Shown in pieces: positions 32,325 to 42,274 of a DNA stretch of 64,000 nucleotides. The notes below the pieces were generated by a model. The model was not told where the DNA came from, ran no database searches, and was given only the letters and a program-made list of their open reading frames with translations. The stretch's first letter is position 1; each line of letters starts with the position of its first letter. This DNA comes from an uncultured bacterium (GTDB lineage Bacteria; Krumholzibacteriota; Krumholzibacteriia; JACNKJ01), in contig CAVOFT010000001.1 in the NCBI GenBank assembly GCA_963695095.1, positions 1,376,001 to 1,440,000 of the forward strand, read 5' to 3'. Both the position numbers and the translations under genes were made by a program.

Positions 32325-33488
32325 ATGAACACTTCGCGCCCACGCTGCCGCCTTTGGCCGACCGCGCGCCTTGCCGCCGCCCTGCTCCTCGCCCTGCCCG
32401 GCTTCGTCGCCGCCAGCAGCTACCTGGTGCTGCCCGACGGCAGCGGCGACACGCCATCCATCGCGGCGGCCCTGCGCCTGGCCGTGAGCGGGGACCTGAT
32501 CGAGCTGGGCGACGGCGTCTTCAGCGGGATCGGCAACACGGGGCTGGACTTCGCGGGCAAGAGCATCACCCTGCGCTCCCGCAGCGGAAATGCGGAGGCC
32601 TGCGTGCTGGACGCCGGGGCGGGCCCCGCGTCGCCGGGGCGCAGCTTGAGCCTCGTCACCGGTGAGACGGCGGGCGCCGTCATCCAGGGCATCGGCTTTC
32701 GCGGCGGCTTCCTGGCGGACGCCGATGGCGCCGCGCTCCTGCTCGTCGGCAGCCGCGCGCGGATCCGGAACTGTCGTTTCAGCGGCAACACGGCGCCCAA
32801 GGGCGCTGCGGTCTTCGTTGCCGGCGGCGCGCCGAGCTTCGAGGGCTGCGTCTTCGTGGGCAATGTCGCCGGCATCGCTGGCGGCGCCCTGGCGGTGACG
32901 GCCGGCGCGCAGGTGACGGCGACGAACTGCCGCTTCACGGCGAACAGCGCGGCCTACGGCGGGGCGCTGATGGCCGATGCGGCGGCGCTCACGCTCGAGA
33001 GCTGCGTGCTCGTCGCCAACAGCGCCAGCGCGCGGGGCGGCGGCCTCTACGCGGGCGATCAGGCGGCCTTGTCGCTGACGCGCTGCACGCTGGCCTTCAA
33101 CGAGGGCGTGACGGCGGGCGGCATCGCCCTCGCCACGATGAGCAGCTTGAATCTCCAGCACTCGATCATCGCGTTTTCGCCCGCCGGTGAGGCCGTGGAG
33201 CTTCGCTTCGCGAGCACGGCGAGCGTGAGCTGCAGCGACCTCTTCGGCAACGCGGGCGGGGACTGGACGGGCGCACTGGCCGCGCTCGCCGGACAGGCCG
33301 GCAACCTCGGCCTCGATCCCGAATTCTGCGGCGATGCCGCCAGCGGCGACCTGAGCCTCTCGGCGGGGAGTCCCTGCGTGGCCCCGCCCGGCTGCGGGCG
33401 GATGGGCGCTCTGGGCGTGGCCTGCGCCAAGCGGGGCGTGAGCGTCCTGGACTTCGGCCGCATCAAGCAGTTCTACGGCGGCGACTAG
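32325..33488 (+). CDS. Secreted right-handed parallel beta-helix repeat protein
   Basis: Signal peptide; repeated C.F..N.A..GGA(L) motifs; DFAGKSITLRS; DPEFC...SPC; short C-terminal FGRIKQFY. Confidence 0.8.
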   Translation: MNTSRPRCRLWPTARLAAALLLALPGFVAASSYLVLPDGSGDTPSIAAALRLAVSGDLIELGDGVFSGIGNTGLDFAGKSITLRSRSGNAEACVLDAGAGPASPGRSLSLVTGETAGAVIQGIGFRGGFLADADGAALLLVGSRARIRNCRFSGNTAPKGAAVFVAGGAPSFEGCVFVGNVAGIAGGALAVTAGAQVTATNCRFTANSAAYGGALMADAAALTLESCVLVANSASARGGGLYAGDQAALSLTRCTLAFNEGVTAGGIALATMSSLNLQHSIIAFSPAGEAVELRFASTASVSCSDLFGNAGGDWTGALAALAGQAGNLGLDPEFCGDAASGDLSLSAGSPCVAPPGCGRMGALGVACAKRGVSVLDFGRIKQFYGGD

Positions 33489-33514
33489 GTCGCTCGGGAA
33501 AGGACCCGGCGCGC

Positions 33515-34516
33515 ATGAGCCCAAGCTCCGGCAAGATGCCGCGCATCGTCGTGACCGGCGGTGCGGGATTCATCGGCAGCAATCTCGTGCGCTCGCTCAA
33601 TGCGGCGGGCGAGCGGGACATCCTCATCGTCGATCATCTGGGGACAGGCGAGAAGTGGCGGAACCTGCTGGGCCTCGCCTACGCCGACTACCTGGACAAG
33701 GCGGAGTTTCGCGCCCGTTTCCGCGCCGGGGGGCTCGGCGGGGCACAGGTGGTCTATCACCTGGGCGCCTGCAGCTCGACCACCGAGACCGACGCCGGCT
33801 ACCTGATGGACAACAACACCCGCTACACGCGCGAGCTTTGCGAAGCGGCCCTTGGCGCGGGCGCGCGCTTCGTCTACGCCTCCAGTGGCGCGACCTACGG
33901 CGACGGCGCCCTCGGCTACGACGACGATGACGCGGTGACGCCGCGTCTGCGCCCCCTGAACATGTACGGCTACTCGAAGCAGGCCTACGATCTGTGGGCG
34001 CTGGCGGCCGGCCGCTTCGACCGCATCGTGGGCCTCAAGTACTTCAACGTCTACGGGCCGGGCGAGGACCACAAGGGCGAGATGCGCTCGGTGATGCACA
34101 AGGCCTTCCAGCAGATCCGCGCGCGGGGCACGGTGGCGCTCTTCCGCTCCCATCGCGAGGACTACGCCGACGGCGAGCAGAAGCGGGACTTCGTCTACGT
34201 GGCCGACGCCGTGGCCGTCACGCGCTTCTTCGGCGAGACGGCGGCGCCCGGCGGCCTCTACAACGTGGGCACGGGCACGGCGCGAACCTGGCTGGATCTG
34301 GCGCGGGCGGTGTTCACGGCGATGGACGAAGAGCCTCTGGTCGACTTCATCGCCATGCCCGAGGCCCTGCGCGCGAAGTACCAGTACGAGACGCGGGCGA
34401 CGACGGCCAAGCTGCGCGCCGCCGGCTTCGCCGGCGAATTCCACACGCTCGAGGCGGGCGTGACCGACTACGTGCAGAAGCACCTGCTGCCCGCGGCGGC
34501 GAGGGAGGAGAGCTAG
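33515..34516 (+). CDS. hldD: ADP-L-glycero-D-manno-heptose 6-epimerase
   Basis: VTGGAGFIGSN, HLGACSSTTE, YASSGATYG, PLNMYGYSK, YFNVYGPGEDHKGEMRS, KYQYET. Confidence 0.9.
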   Translation: MSPSSGKMPRIVVTGGAGFIGSNLVRSLNAAGERDILIVDHLGTGEKWRNLLGLAYADYLDKAEFRARFRAGGLGGAQVVYHLGACSSTTETDAGYLMDNNTRYTRELCEAALGAGARFVYASSGATYGDGALGYDDDDAVTPRLRPLNMYGYSKQAYDLWALAAGRFDRIVGLKYFNVYGPGEDHKGEMRSVMHKAFQQIRARGTVALFRSHREDYADGEQKRDFVYVADAVAVTRFFGETAAPGGLYNVGTGTARTWLDLARAVFTAMDEEPLVDFIAMPEALRAKYQYETRATTAKLRAAGFAGEFHTLEAGVTDYVQKHLLPAAAREES

Positions 34517-34519
34517 CTC

Positions 34520-35558
34520 GTGCGCGTTCTCGTCACCGGGGGCTCCGGTTTTCTGGGCATCAACCTGATTCGCCACCTGCTCGCGCGGGATTGCCGCGTG
34601 CGCAACCTCGACCTCCTGCCCTTCGACTATCCCGAGGTTTCCGCGATCGAGTCGGTGCAGGGGGACATCCGCGACCGGGCCACGGTGGACCGCTGCATGG
34701 AGGGCGTGGAGGCCGTGGTCCACTGCGCGGCCGCGCTGCCGCTCTACAAGCGCGGCGGAGATCTTCAGCACCGACATCGAGGGCACGCGCAACGTCGTGG
34801 AGAGCGCGAAGGCGCATGAGGCCGGGCGCTGCGTGCAGATCTCCTCGACGGCGGTCTACGGGATTCCGGACCACCACCCGCTGGTGGAGACGGACGCGCT
34901 CGTGGGCGTGGGGCCCTACGGCAAGGCGAAGATCGCGGCCGAGGAGATCTGCGCCGCGTGCGCGGGAGCCGGGCTTCTGCGTGCCGATCCTCCGGCCCAA
35001 GTCCTTCATCGGGCCCGAGCGGCTGGGCGTCTTCGCCCTCTTCTACGACTGGGCGCGCACGGGGCACGGTTTTCCCGTGCTCGGCGACGGCAAGAACCGC
35101 TACCAGTACCTGGACGTGGAGGATCTCTGCGCGGCCATCTGGCTCTGCCTCACGCTGCCGGCCGAGCGCGTGGACGACGTCTTCAACATCGGCGCGCGGG
35201 AGTTCGGCACGGCGGCGGGCGACTTCCAGGCCGTGCTCGACGAGGCCGGCTTCGGCAAGCGCGTCGAAGCCGCTCCCGGCGGGCCCGGCCATCTGCCGTG
35301 CTGCGCGTGCTCGAGGCGCTCAAGCTCTCGCCGCTCTACAAGTGGGTCTACGAGACGGCCAGCAAGGACTCCTTCGTCTCCATCGAGAAGGCTGAAGCCG
35401 TGCTGGGCTACGACCCCCGGTACTCCAACCGCGACGCGCTGCTGCGCAACTACCGCTGGTACCTGGCCAACCTCGATCGCTTCGCCGGCGCCTCGGGCGT
35501 GACCCACCGCGTGCCCTGGAAGCAGGGGGCGCTGGGGCTGGCGAAATGGTTCTACTAG
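34520..35558 (+). CDS. NAD-dependent epimerase/dehydratase (extended SDR); about four +1 frameshifts
   Basis: VTGGSGFLG, HCAAALP, ISSTAVYG, YGKAK, ILRPKSFIGPERLG across ORFs 34520/34797 and alternative frames. Confidence 0.8.
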
Positions 35559-35573
35559 AATCACTGGAGCGAG

Positions 35574-35777
35574 ATGGCCCACCGCAATTTCATCACCCGC
35601 GTCATCCGCCCTGGTGAACCCGCTCCACCGGACACGGATTGGCTCGCGCTCTCGATTCCGGAACGAGTGGAGGCCGTGTGGAGCTTGACTCGAATCTGCT
35701 ACGCGTGGCGACAGGACGGTGCCGATGAACCAAGACTGGATCGAGCTACTAGCCACATTCAACGCCCACGCGGTTGA
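35574..35777 (+). CDS. Small hypothetical protein, possible partner of the downstream nucleotidyltransferase
   Basis: GGAG RBS, 67 aa, WLALSIPERVEAVWSL; overlaps next gene. Confidence 0.55.
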   Translation: MAHRNFITRVIRPGEPAPPDTDWLALSIPERVEAVWSLTRICYAWRQDGADEPRLDRATSHIQRPRG

Positions 35778-36180
35778 GTACCTCGTCGTCGGGGCGCACG
35801 CGTTGGCCGCCCATGGCCACGTCAGGGCCACGAAGGACCTGGACGTCTGGGTGCGGCCGGACAGCGAGAACGCAGTGCGGGCGATCCAGGCACTCCGCGA
35901 TTTCGGCGCCCCGCTCCAAGATCTCACCGAGGCGGATCTGGCCTTGCCGGGGCTGGTCTTCCAGATTGGTGTGCCTCCCCTGCGCATCGACATCATCACG
36001 GCGATAGACGGTGTCGACTTCGTGGCGGCCTGGGAGAGCCGGATCACCGTACGACTTGGTGAAACGCTAGTGCCAATCCTCTCGCGGCAGGATCTGATTG
36101 CGAACAAGCGAGCCTCCGGTCGCCTTCAGGACCTGGCGGACCTTGAGCGGCTGGAGGGCTTGGAGGACGGGTCGAAGTGA
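35725..36180 (+). CDS. Minimal nucleotidyltransferase-like protein (DUF6036/AbiEii-like)
   Basis: YLVVGAHALAAHG..RATKDLDVWV, RIDII, DLIANKRASGRLQDLADL. Confidence 0.75.
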   Translation: MNQDWIELLATFNAHAVEYLVVGAHALAAHGHVRATKDLDVWVRPDSENAVRAIQALRDFGAPLQDLTEADLALPGLVFQIGVPPLRIDIITAIDGVDFVAAWESRITVRLGETLVPILSRQDLIANKRASGRLQDLADLERLEGLEDGSK

Positions 36181-36735
36181 GTGCCGGCAGTGGGGCACAT
36201 CGTCCTGCGCGCGAGCTATAGCTTCTGGGACCTGCACGTCGCCATCCAGGACGCGATGGGCTGGCTGGACTACCATCTCCACATGTTCCGACTGCGCGGA
36301 ACGGGCTTAGGGGAGCGCGCCGAGATCGGCATCCCCGACCCCGATGGCGACGACCTCATGCCCTGCCTGGCAGGCTGGGAGGTGCCGCTTGCGGCCTACC
36401 TCGAGCAGGTCGGAGATCGCGCGGTCTACGAGTACGACTTCGGCGACGGCTGGGAGCACGAAGTCACGCTCGAGGAGATCGGCGAGCGCGCGGCCGGTAC
36501 GCGGTACCCCATCTGCCTGGCGGGCAGGCGCGCCTGCCCCCCGGAGGATTGCGGCGGCATCCCCGGCTACGAGGAACTGCTCGCGGCGCTTGGCGATCCC
36601 GCGCACCCGGAGCACGCCGAGTTCCTCGAGTGGGTCGGTGGCGAGTTCGATCCGGAGGCCTTCGATCCCACCGAGGTCGAGTTCGACGATCCGCGATCGC
36701 GCTGGCAGATCGCCTTCAGCGACGCGGACGATTGA
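36181..36735 (+). CDS. Plasmid pRiA4b ORF-3 family protein
   Basis: DLHVAIQDAMGWLDYHLHMF, YEYDFGDGWEH, CLAGRRACPPEDCGG; N-terminus may be short. Confidence 0.85.
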   Translation: MPAVGHIVLRASYSFWDLHVAIQDAMGWLDYHLHMFRLRGTGLGERAEIGIPDPDGDDLMPCLAGWEVPLAAYLEQVGDRAVYEYDFGDGWEHEVTLEEIGERAAGTRYPICLAGRRACPPEDCGGIPGYEELLAALGDPAHPEHAEFLEWVGGEFDPEAFDPTEVEFDDPRSRWQIAFSDADD

Positions 36736-36809
36736 GCAGGGCGGGCCGGACCCGGTGATTGGCTCTCGTGGGGCCAGCTCGGCCGGGTTCCTGCCAATGC
36801 TCCCGTGCG

Positions 36810-37406
36810 CTACTTGGCGCGGGCGTAGCTGATCTCCATCCACTTGACTTCCAGGTCCGAGCCGGGAGCCGGCCCCCAGAACTCGAAGACGTGCTGGTCG
36901 TCGCCGATGAAGCGCGTGACCAGACGTACCTTGCTCTCCATGCCCATCACCGGATCGACATAGGACCCGTGGCAGACGAGCTCCTTCTTCTGGGCGTCGT
37001 AGTCGCCCTCGTAGCTCATGATCCCGGTGCCCATGGAGTCGAACCAGGTGCCGACGTACTTCTTCTTCCCGTTGTCATAGCCCATCGTGCCGAGCCCCTC
37101 GTAGGGCTGGCCCATCATGGATCCCCGGAAGTGGGACTTCAGATAGCGGCCGCCGAAGATCATCTCCGCCTCTTCGGTGCCCGTGGAAACCATGGGCTCT
37201 CCAGCTGGGTCCTGCCAGGACTTGACGGTGGCGTCCCAGCGCCCGGCGCCCTTGGCGAGCATCGCGTGCGCGGCACCGGGGGCGGCGGCCGCCGCGTAGG
37301 CCTGCATCATGTCGTCCTGGCTCATCTCGGTGGGGTGCTCGTCCTTGGCGAGGGCGCTGCCGGCCAGGGCGGCGCAGACAAGGGCGACGAGGGCAAATGT
37401 GCGCAT
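36810..37406 (-). CDS. DUF1579-like secreted protein
   Basis: GGAGG RBS, signal peptide, GGRYL...GYDNGKKKYVGTWFDSMGT...MEISY. Confidence 0.75.
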   Translation of the reverse strand: MRTFALVALVCAALAGSALAKDEHPTEMSQDDMMQAYAAAAAPGAAHAMLAKGAGRWDATVKSWQDPAGEPMVSTGTEEAEMIFGGRYLKSHFRGSMMGQPYEGLGTMGYDNGKKKYVGTWFDSMGTGIMSYEGDYDAQKKELVCHGSYVDPVMGMESKVRLVTRFIGDDQHVFEFWGPAPGSDLEVKWMEISYARAK

Positions 37407-37642
37407 CATCATCCTCCGTGGGTTCTGTTCTGGAATCGGCAGTGCTTCGCGAATCGGCAGCAGAGTAACCAAGATCGTCTCGCCTGGCAATCCACCGATC
37501 GGCACGACAAAGGGTATGCAGGTCCCGTGATCCGATGGCGAAGGCTGCGGCAGGCGGCCAGCGACACTCCCTCATTGCAGCACGCGCGGGGCCCGCGCAT
37601 ACTCGCGGCCACCCCTCCTCCGCACCCGAAAGGCAATCACGC

Positions 37643-37954
37643 ATGTCCACCGGCACCGTACGCCTCCACCGCGTGCTCCGCGCGACGCCCGAGCGCGTCT
37701 ACCGTGCCTTCACCGATCCCGACGCCTTGGTCAAGTGGATCCCGCCGCATGGCTTCACCGCCAAGGTCCACCACATGGACGCCCAGGTCGGCGGCACCTA
37801 CAAGATGTCCTTCACCAACTTCGGCACCGAGCTCAACATCGTCCAGGAGGGCATCCCCGCGGTGATTCCCGTGGAGGCCTGCTACCTGGGCTGGCAGGAA
37901 TCGCTGGCACTGCTCGCCCTGCTCGTCGAAGCCGAGATCCCGGACGAAAGCTAG
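37643..37954 (+). pseudogene. SRPBCC/AHSA1-family gene with internal in-frame deletion
   Basis: VRLHRVLRATPERVYRAF...GGTYKMSFTNF joined directly to GTELNIVQEGIP...CYLGWQESL; 103 aa versus roughly 145 aa typical. Confidence 0.65.
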
Positions 37955-38039
37955 CACTGCCGCAAACCCATCACTGAGGCCGGTCGGCCCGCCATGCAGG
38001 GGCGGGTTGATTGGAGACCCCTTGACCGGAGGAGACCGC

Positions 38040-39023
38040 ATGCGTCGCATCACGCTGCTGCTGCTGGCAATCGCCCTTGGCACGACGACGGCCCAGGCCC
38101 AGGACCTGCCCGGGAGCAAGGACCATCCCATCATCACGCGCTACCCGGGATCGGCCATCGCCTGGTACCGGGTCGACAACCACCGGCCCTACCGGGTGCC
38201 TACGGGATCCGTGACCGACTATCGGCAAATCGCCGAAGGGATCGACACGGAGGGGCGCCTCACGCGGATCTACTACACCCTGGACGGCGGCGCGCGCAGC
38301 GACGCCGAAGTCTACGAGAACTACCGGCAGGCGCTGGCCGCTGCCGGTTTCGAGATCCTGGCAGCCGGCCGCGAGCCCGCGGGCGCGCGGGGAGCGGGGG
38401 TTGGCAGTCGCAAGTGGCGTGAGGTGCTCTACCTCAGCAATCCCTGGGGCGATACGGCCGGTGCCGTCAACGAGATGGGAAGGGGCTCGGCCACCTCGGG
38501 CGGCGGCGGATCCGTCGTGGCGCGGAAGGAACGCGCGGCAGGCGTGGCCTACGTGATCGTGTCCGTCTATCAATTCCGCGAGGATCGGGTGAGCACGCTC
38601 GTGGATGTGCTCGAGGTCGCGCCTGCACAGACGGGCCTGATCGTCGTCGATGCCGAGGCCATCGGCGCCGGCATCGAGGAGAAGGGACGCGTGGTGCTGG
38701 ACGGCATCCTCTTCGACTTCGACAAGGCCGTGATCAAGCCGGAGTCGAAGCCCGCCTTGGATCAGATTGCGAGCTACCTGAAGGCCCAGTCCGCTCGGCA
38801 GTTCTACGTCGTCGGTCACACGGACACGAAGGGCACGCTTGCTTACAATCGGGAGCTCTCGACGGCGCGCGCGCAGGCGGTCGTGAATGCGCTGGTCGAT
38901 GGCTACGGCATCGCCCGCGGCCATCTGGAAGCGCAGGGCGTGGGACCCTTGGCACCGGTCTTCGCGAACACCGCGGATGCCGGCAGGGAGAAGAATCGGC
39001 GTGTCGAACTCGTGGAGCAGTGA
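38040..39023 (+). CDS. OmpA-family protein with N-terminal DUF4892-like domain
   Basis: Signal peptide, GSKDHPIITRYPGS; ILFDFDKA, VVGHTD, NRELSTARA, GREKNRRVELV. Confidence 0.85.
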   Translation: MRRITLLLLAIALGTTTAQAQDLPGSKDHPIITRYPGSAIAWYRVDNHRPYRVPTGSVTDYRQIAEGIDTEGRLTRIYYTLDGGARSDAEVYENYRQALAAAGFEILAAGREPAGARGAGVGSRKWREVLYLSNPWGDTAGAVNEMGRGSATSGGGGSVVARKERAAGVAYVIVSVYQFREDRVSTLVDVLEVAPAQTGLIVVDAEAIGAGIEEKGRVVLDGILFDFDKAVIKPESKPALDQIASYLKAQSARQFYVVGHTDTKGTLAYNRELSTARAQAVVNALVDGYGIARGHLEAQGVGPLAPVFANTADAGREKNRRVELVEQ

Positions 39024-39252
39024 GTTTCCGCTCCACTTCGCGATTGGGAACCTGCGCGCCGAAGCGCGCAACGAAAAGCCGAGCTGCTGCTGCGTCTGAT
39101 CAGGGGCGATCCCTGGGAGCAAGGGCGCCGACGAACACGGGTCAAGCTGGGCGGGACGATGATGCGACTCGAGCTGGCGAGAGGCCTGTGCCGGAGGCCG
39201 CATGATCTGGCGACCCGCGTGGCCATGAAACCAAGGCCGGCACATCAGCATC

Positions 39253-39281
39253 TTGATATGCGGACCTGCCTACCGTACTAT
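39253..39281 (+). promoter_or_regulatory. sigma70 promoter of orphan gene 39334
   Basis: TTGATA-N17-TACTAT. Confidence 0.65.
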
Positions 39282-39333
39282 CCGCAACCGAGCACGGGGT
39301 CCCGCGGGGAATCCGACTCAGAAAGAGAGAATC

Positions 39334-39597
39334 ATGACCGATCAGCCAGAAAAGACTGAGCTGGAGAGATCAAGAGACATCATCTCGCAACTCAAACAGA
39401 TGCGACACGATGCAGAGAACAACATCAAGAAGCTAGCCGAATTGTGGCTCGTCCTCGATGATGAAATGAAGCACAAGGAGTTCGCGCGCAGAGTCGAGGA
39501 ATTGAGTTCGCACGAGAATGCGTTTCACGGGGCTATCGAGCCGCTCATCGCAGACTACGAGATGGAATGCAACCGCATGGAGAATGAAGCATCGTGA
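39334..39597 (+). CDS. Small helical hypothetical protein (87 aa)
   Basis: Own promoter, purine-rich RBS, E/K-rich helical sequence, lower GC than flanks. Confidence 0.65.
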   Translation: MTDQPEKTELERSRDIISQLKQMRHDAENNIKKLAELWLVLDDEMKHKEFARRVEELSSHENAFHGAIEPLIADYEMECNRMENEAS

Positions 39598-39973
39598 AGG
39601 TGGGGGAGCGTGCGGCCGCGAGCAGGATGGATACCCACTTCACGATGAGGTCTGCGCCATCCGCGACGCTCTCGCCAATTGGCGGATAGTGGCTAGGATC
39701 GCGAGTCAAGGCAGCGGTTGCATCCAGTCACCCGCGCTCGCGGTCTGCTCGTGATCGTGAAGGCAGGTGGCGTGTCCGGTCCAGGGGGGCGGACCTGCGC
39801 CGGTGCGCCCGAAAGTGCGGGGAGCGTGTAGGCGAACCGAGGAAGCCTAGCGCCCCCGTCCACCCGGCGTGGGCCCCAGAGCCTTGGCCCGCTGATCCGC
39901 GCGCAAGCCTGGCGGCGAGCGAGTGCCGGGACGGGCACGGGCAGCAACCGGAGAACATCGAGGAGAGCCAAGC

Positions 39974-40360
39974 GTGAAGCGCGTCACCGGCATCGGCGGC
40001 ATCTTCTTCAAGGCCAAGGACCCGAAGCGCCTCGGGGAGTGGTACCGCGCGCACCTCGGCATGGACGTCCAGGAGTGGGGAGGCGTCACCTTCCGCTGGG
40101 CGTCTCCGGAGAATCCCGCGGGGATGGGAACGACGGTCTGGAGCCCCTTCGCGGCGGATACCGCCTACTTCTCGCCCAGCCAGGCGAGCTTCATGATCAA
40201 CTACCGGGTCGACGACCTGCACGCTCTGCTGGCTCAGCTTCGCAGCGAGGGCTGCGACGTCGATGCCAAGGTCGAGGAGTCGGAGTACGGCAAGTTCGGC
40301 TGGGTCATGGATCCGGAAGGCAATCGCATCGAGCTCTGGCAGCCACCGGAAGGGCAGTGA
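39974..40360 (+). CDS. VOC/glyoxalase family protein
   Basis: GAGGAG RBS; KRVTGIGGIFFKAKDP, FMINYRVDDL, YGKFGWVMDPEGNRIELWQP. Confidence 0.88.
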   Translation: MKRVTGIGGIFFKAKDPKRLGEWYRAHLGMDVQEWGGVTFRWASPENPAGMGTTVWSPFAADTAYFSPSQASFMINYRVDDLHALLAQLRSEGCDVDAKVEESEYGKFGWVMDPEGNRIELWQPPEGQ

Positions 40361-40384
40361 TCATTCATGCGCAAGGGGAGGCAG

Positions 40385-41008
40385 ATGATGCGCCATGCAA
40401 TCGCGACCCTTGGTCTCGGCCTGGCGGTGCTGCTGCCCCTCGCTTGTGCGAATGAGCCCCAGACCGCCGCCGAGCCGCTCGTGCGCGCCTACATCGAGGC
40501 CTGGAACGCCGGCGATGCGGCCGGCCTCGCCAAGCTGCTGGACGAAGATGCCGTCTGGCAGATCGGCATGGCGCGGGTCGCGGGCCGGGAGAACATCCTG
40601 GCCGTGCTCGAGTACGACAGGGCACTCAATGCCCAATTCTCGATCGAGAACCTGCGGGCCAGCGCGGATACCGTTGACTGCGAACTCGTCCGCAGCGACG
40701 ATCTCCTCGACTGCCTCGGACTGCCGCAGTCCCGTCACTTCACGCGCCTGCGCGTGTCCGGCGGCCGCATCCTGGAGATCGTCCCGCGGGGCGAGCCGCT
40801 GCAGATGGCCTTGTTGAGGGCCCGCTACGCGCAGTTCGCGGCCTGGCTGCGGGTGACGCACCCCGACGCCTTGCCGCAACTGCAAGGGGCCCAGGGCGGC
40901 GGGCCCCTGAGCGCCGAAGCTGCTCAGCTCACGCTGCAACTCGCGCGGGAGTGGCGGGCGGCCGAGGGCGCCATGGGGGCCGATGCCGGCGGGCGATCGA
41001 CCCCCTGA
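40385..41008 (+). CDS. SnoaL/NTF2-like lipoprotein
   Basis: PLA-C lipobox; VRAYIEAWNAGDAAGLAKLLDEDA...GRENI. Confidence 0.65.
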   Translation: MMRHAIATLGLGLAVLLPLACANEPQTAAEPLVRAYIEAWNAGDAAGLAKLLDEDAVWQIGMARVAGRENILAVLEYDRALNAQFSIENLRASADTVDCELVRSDDLLDCLGLPQSRHFTRLRVSGGRILEIVPRGEPLQMALLRARYAQFAAWLRVTHPDALPQLQGAQGGGPLSAEAAQLTLQLAREWRAAEGAMGADAGGRSTP

Positions 41009-41020
41009 GGCGCTGCTTTC

Positions 41021-42274
41021 TCACTTCAGCACAATCAGCCGCCGGGCCTGCACCTCGCCTCCCGCTTCGAGTCGGTAAATGTAGCTGCCGCTGGCGAGCC
41101 CCTTGCCGCCCAGCTTCAGCGCATGGATGCCGGCCTCGAAGCAGCCATCGGCCAAAACGCGCAGCAGGCGACCTTGCGCATCGTGCAGGGTGAGCTTCGC
41201 GGGCCCTGGGGCCGCCAGCGTGAAGCTCAAGGTCGTTGTCGGATTGAAGGGGTTCGGGTGATTCTGCGCGAGCAGGGCGCGTGGGACCGCGGGTGTGTCC
41301 GGCGCCGCCACTGCGTCGCGCGCGTTCTTGAACACACCGCTGCTCTGCGAGGCCGCGTAGTGCACGCCGCCCGGCCCGTTGACCAGGCCGATCACGTCCG
41401 TCGCGCTGAGGCCCTCGGTGTAGAGCGCCCAGGTATCGCCCATGTCTTCGGAGCGGTAGACGCCGTTGCACTCATCCGCCATCAGCATCGTGCCCCAATC
41501 GTTGCCGTAGGCGATGTCCCCGTAGCAGCCCCATTCCTGCACCGGCAGATTCTCCGTCAGCTCCATCCAGCTATCGCCGAAATCCCAGGAGCGCAGCAGG
41601 TGCATCTCGTAGTTCGTCGTGTCGTAGCCGGCAAGGAAGAGCGCGAAGCTGGGGGCGAAGGAGAGAATGCCCCAGTCCTCAGCCGCCGGCGGTACCGCGA
41701 GCGATAGCCAACTGGCGGCGTAGTCCTCGGAGCGCCACAGGCCCGTATCTCCCTTCACCCAGAGATGCGCATTGCCCCCGGCCTCAAGATCGAAGTACTG
41801 GTCGCAGATCAGGTTCTCGGCCACCGGTTGCCAGCCATAACCGCCATCGCAGGAGTAGAAGAGGCCGCCGCCGTACTCCACGGCGGCGTAGACGTCACCC
41901 GTCAGCGGATGCACTACGAGCTGGGAGACGAACTCGCCTTCTGTCAGCACGGTGACCTGGTCCCAGCTCGCGCCCTTGTCGGCAGTCACCAAGAGTCCGC
42001 TACTCCAGGTGTCGTTGCAGATCAGGGTGCCGAAGTCCGTGCAGACCATTTCCGTGAGATCGCTGGGGCCGCCGACATCGGTCCAGCTGAGCCCGTCGTC
42101 CTCGCTCACCCTGACGCCCATGTAGAGGCCGCCGATGTAGATGGTACCATCCGCGGCGACGGCGATGGCGCGGGTACTCGTGTACTCGGGGCCGATCCAC
42201 TCCCAAGTGTCCTGGGCTGCCGCCACGCCGGTCATGACGACCAGGATGGCGATGCCCAACTGAAGGTGTCGCAT
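41021..42274 (-). CDS. Secreted BNR/Asp-box beta-propeller protein with T9SS-like C-terminal domain
   Basis: Repeats S.D.G.SW (SEDDGLSW, ADKGASW, SWDFGDSW, SEDMGDTW); QNHPNPFNPTT...LASGSYIYRL...LIVLK. Confidence 0.85.
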   Translation of the reverse strand: MRHLQLGIAILVVMTGVAAAQDTWEWIGPEYTSTRAIAVAADGTIYIGGLYMGVRVSEDDGLSWTDVGGPSDLTEMVCTDFGTLICNDTWSSGLLVTADKGASWDQVTVLTEGEFVSQLVVHPLTGDVYAAVEYGGGLFYSCDGGYGWQPVAENLICDQYFDLEAGGNAHLWVKGDTGLWRSEDYAASWLSLAVPPAAEDWGILSFAPSFALFLAGYDTTNYEMHLLRSWDFGDSWMELTENLPVQEWGCYGDIAYGNDWGTMLMADECNGVYRSEDMGDTWALYTEGLSATDVIGLVNGPGGVHYAASQSSGVFKNARDAVAAPDTPAVPRALLAQNHPNPFNPTTTLSFTLAAPGPAKLTLHDAQGRLLRVLADGCFEAGIHALKLGGKGLASGSYIYRLEAGGEVQARRLIVLK

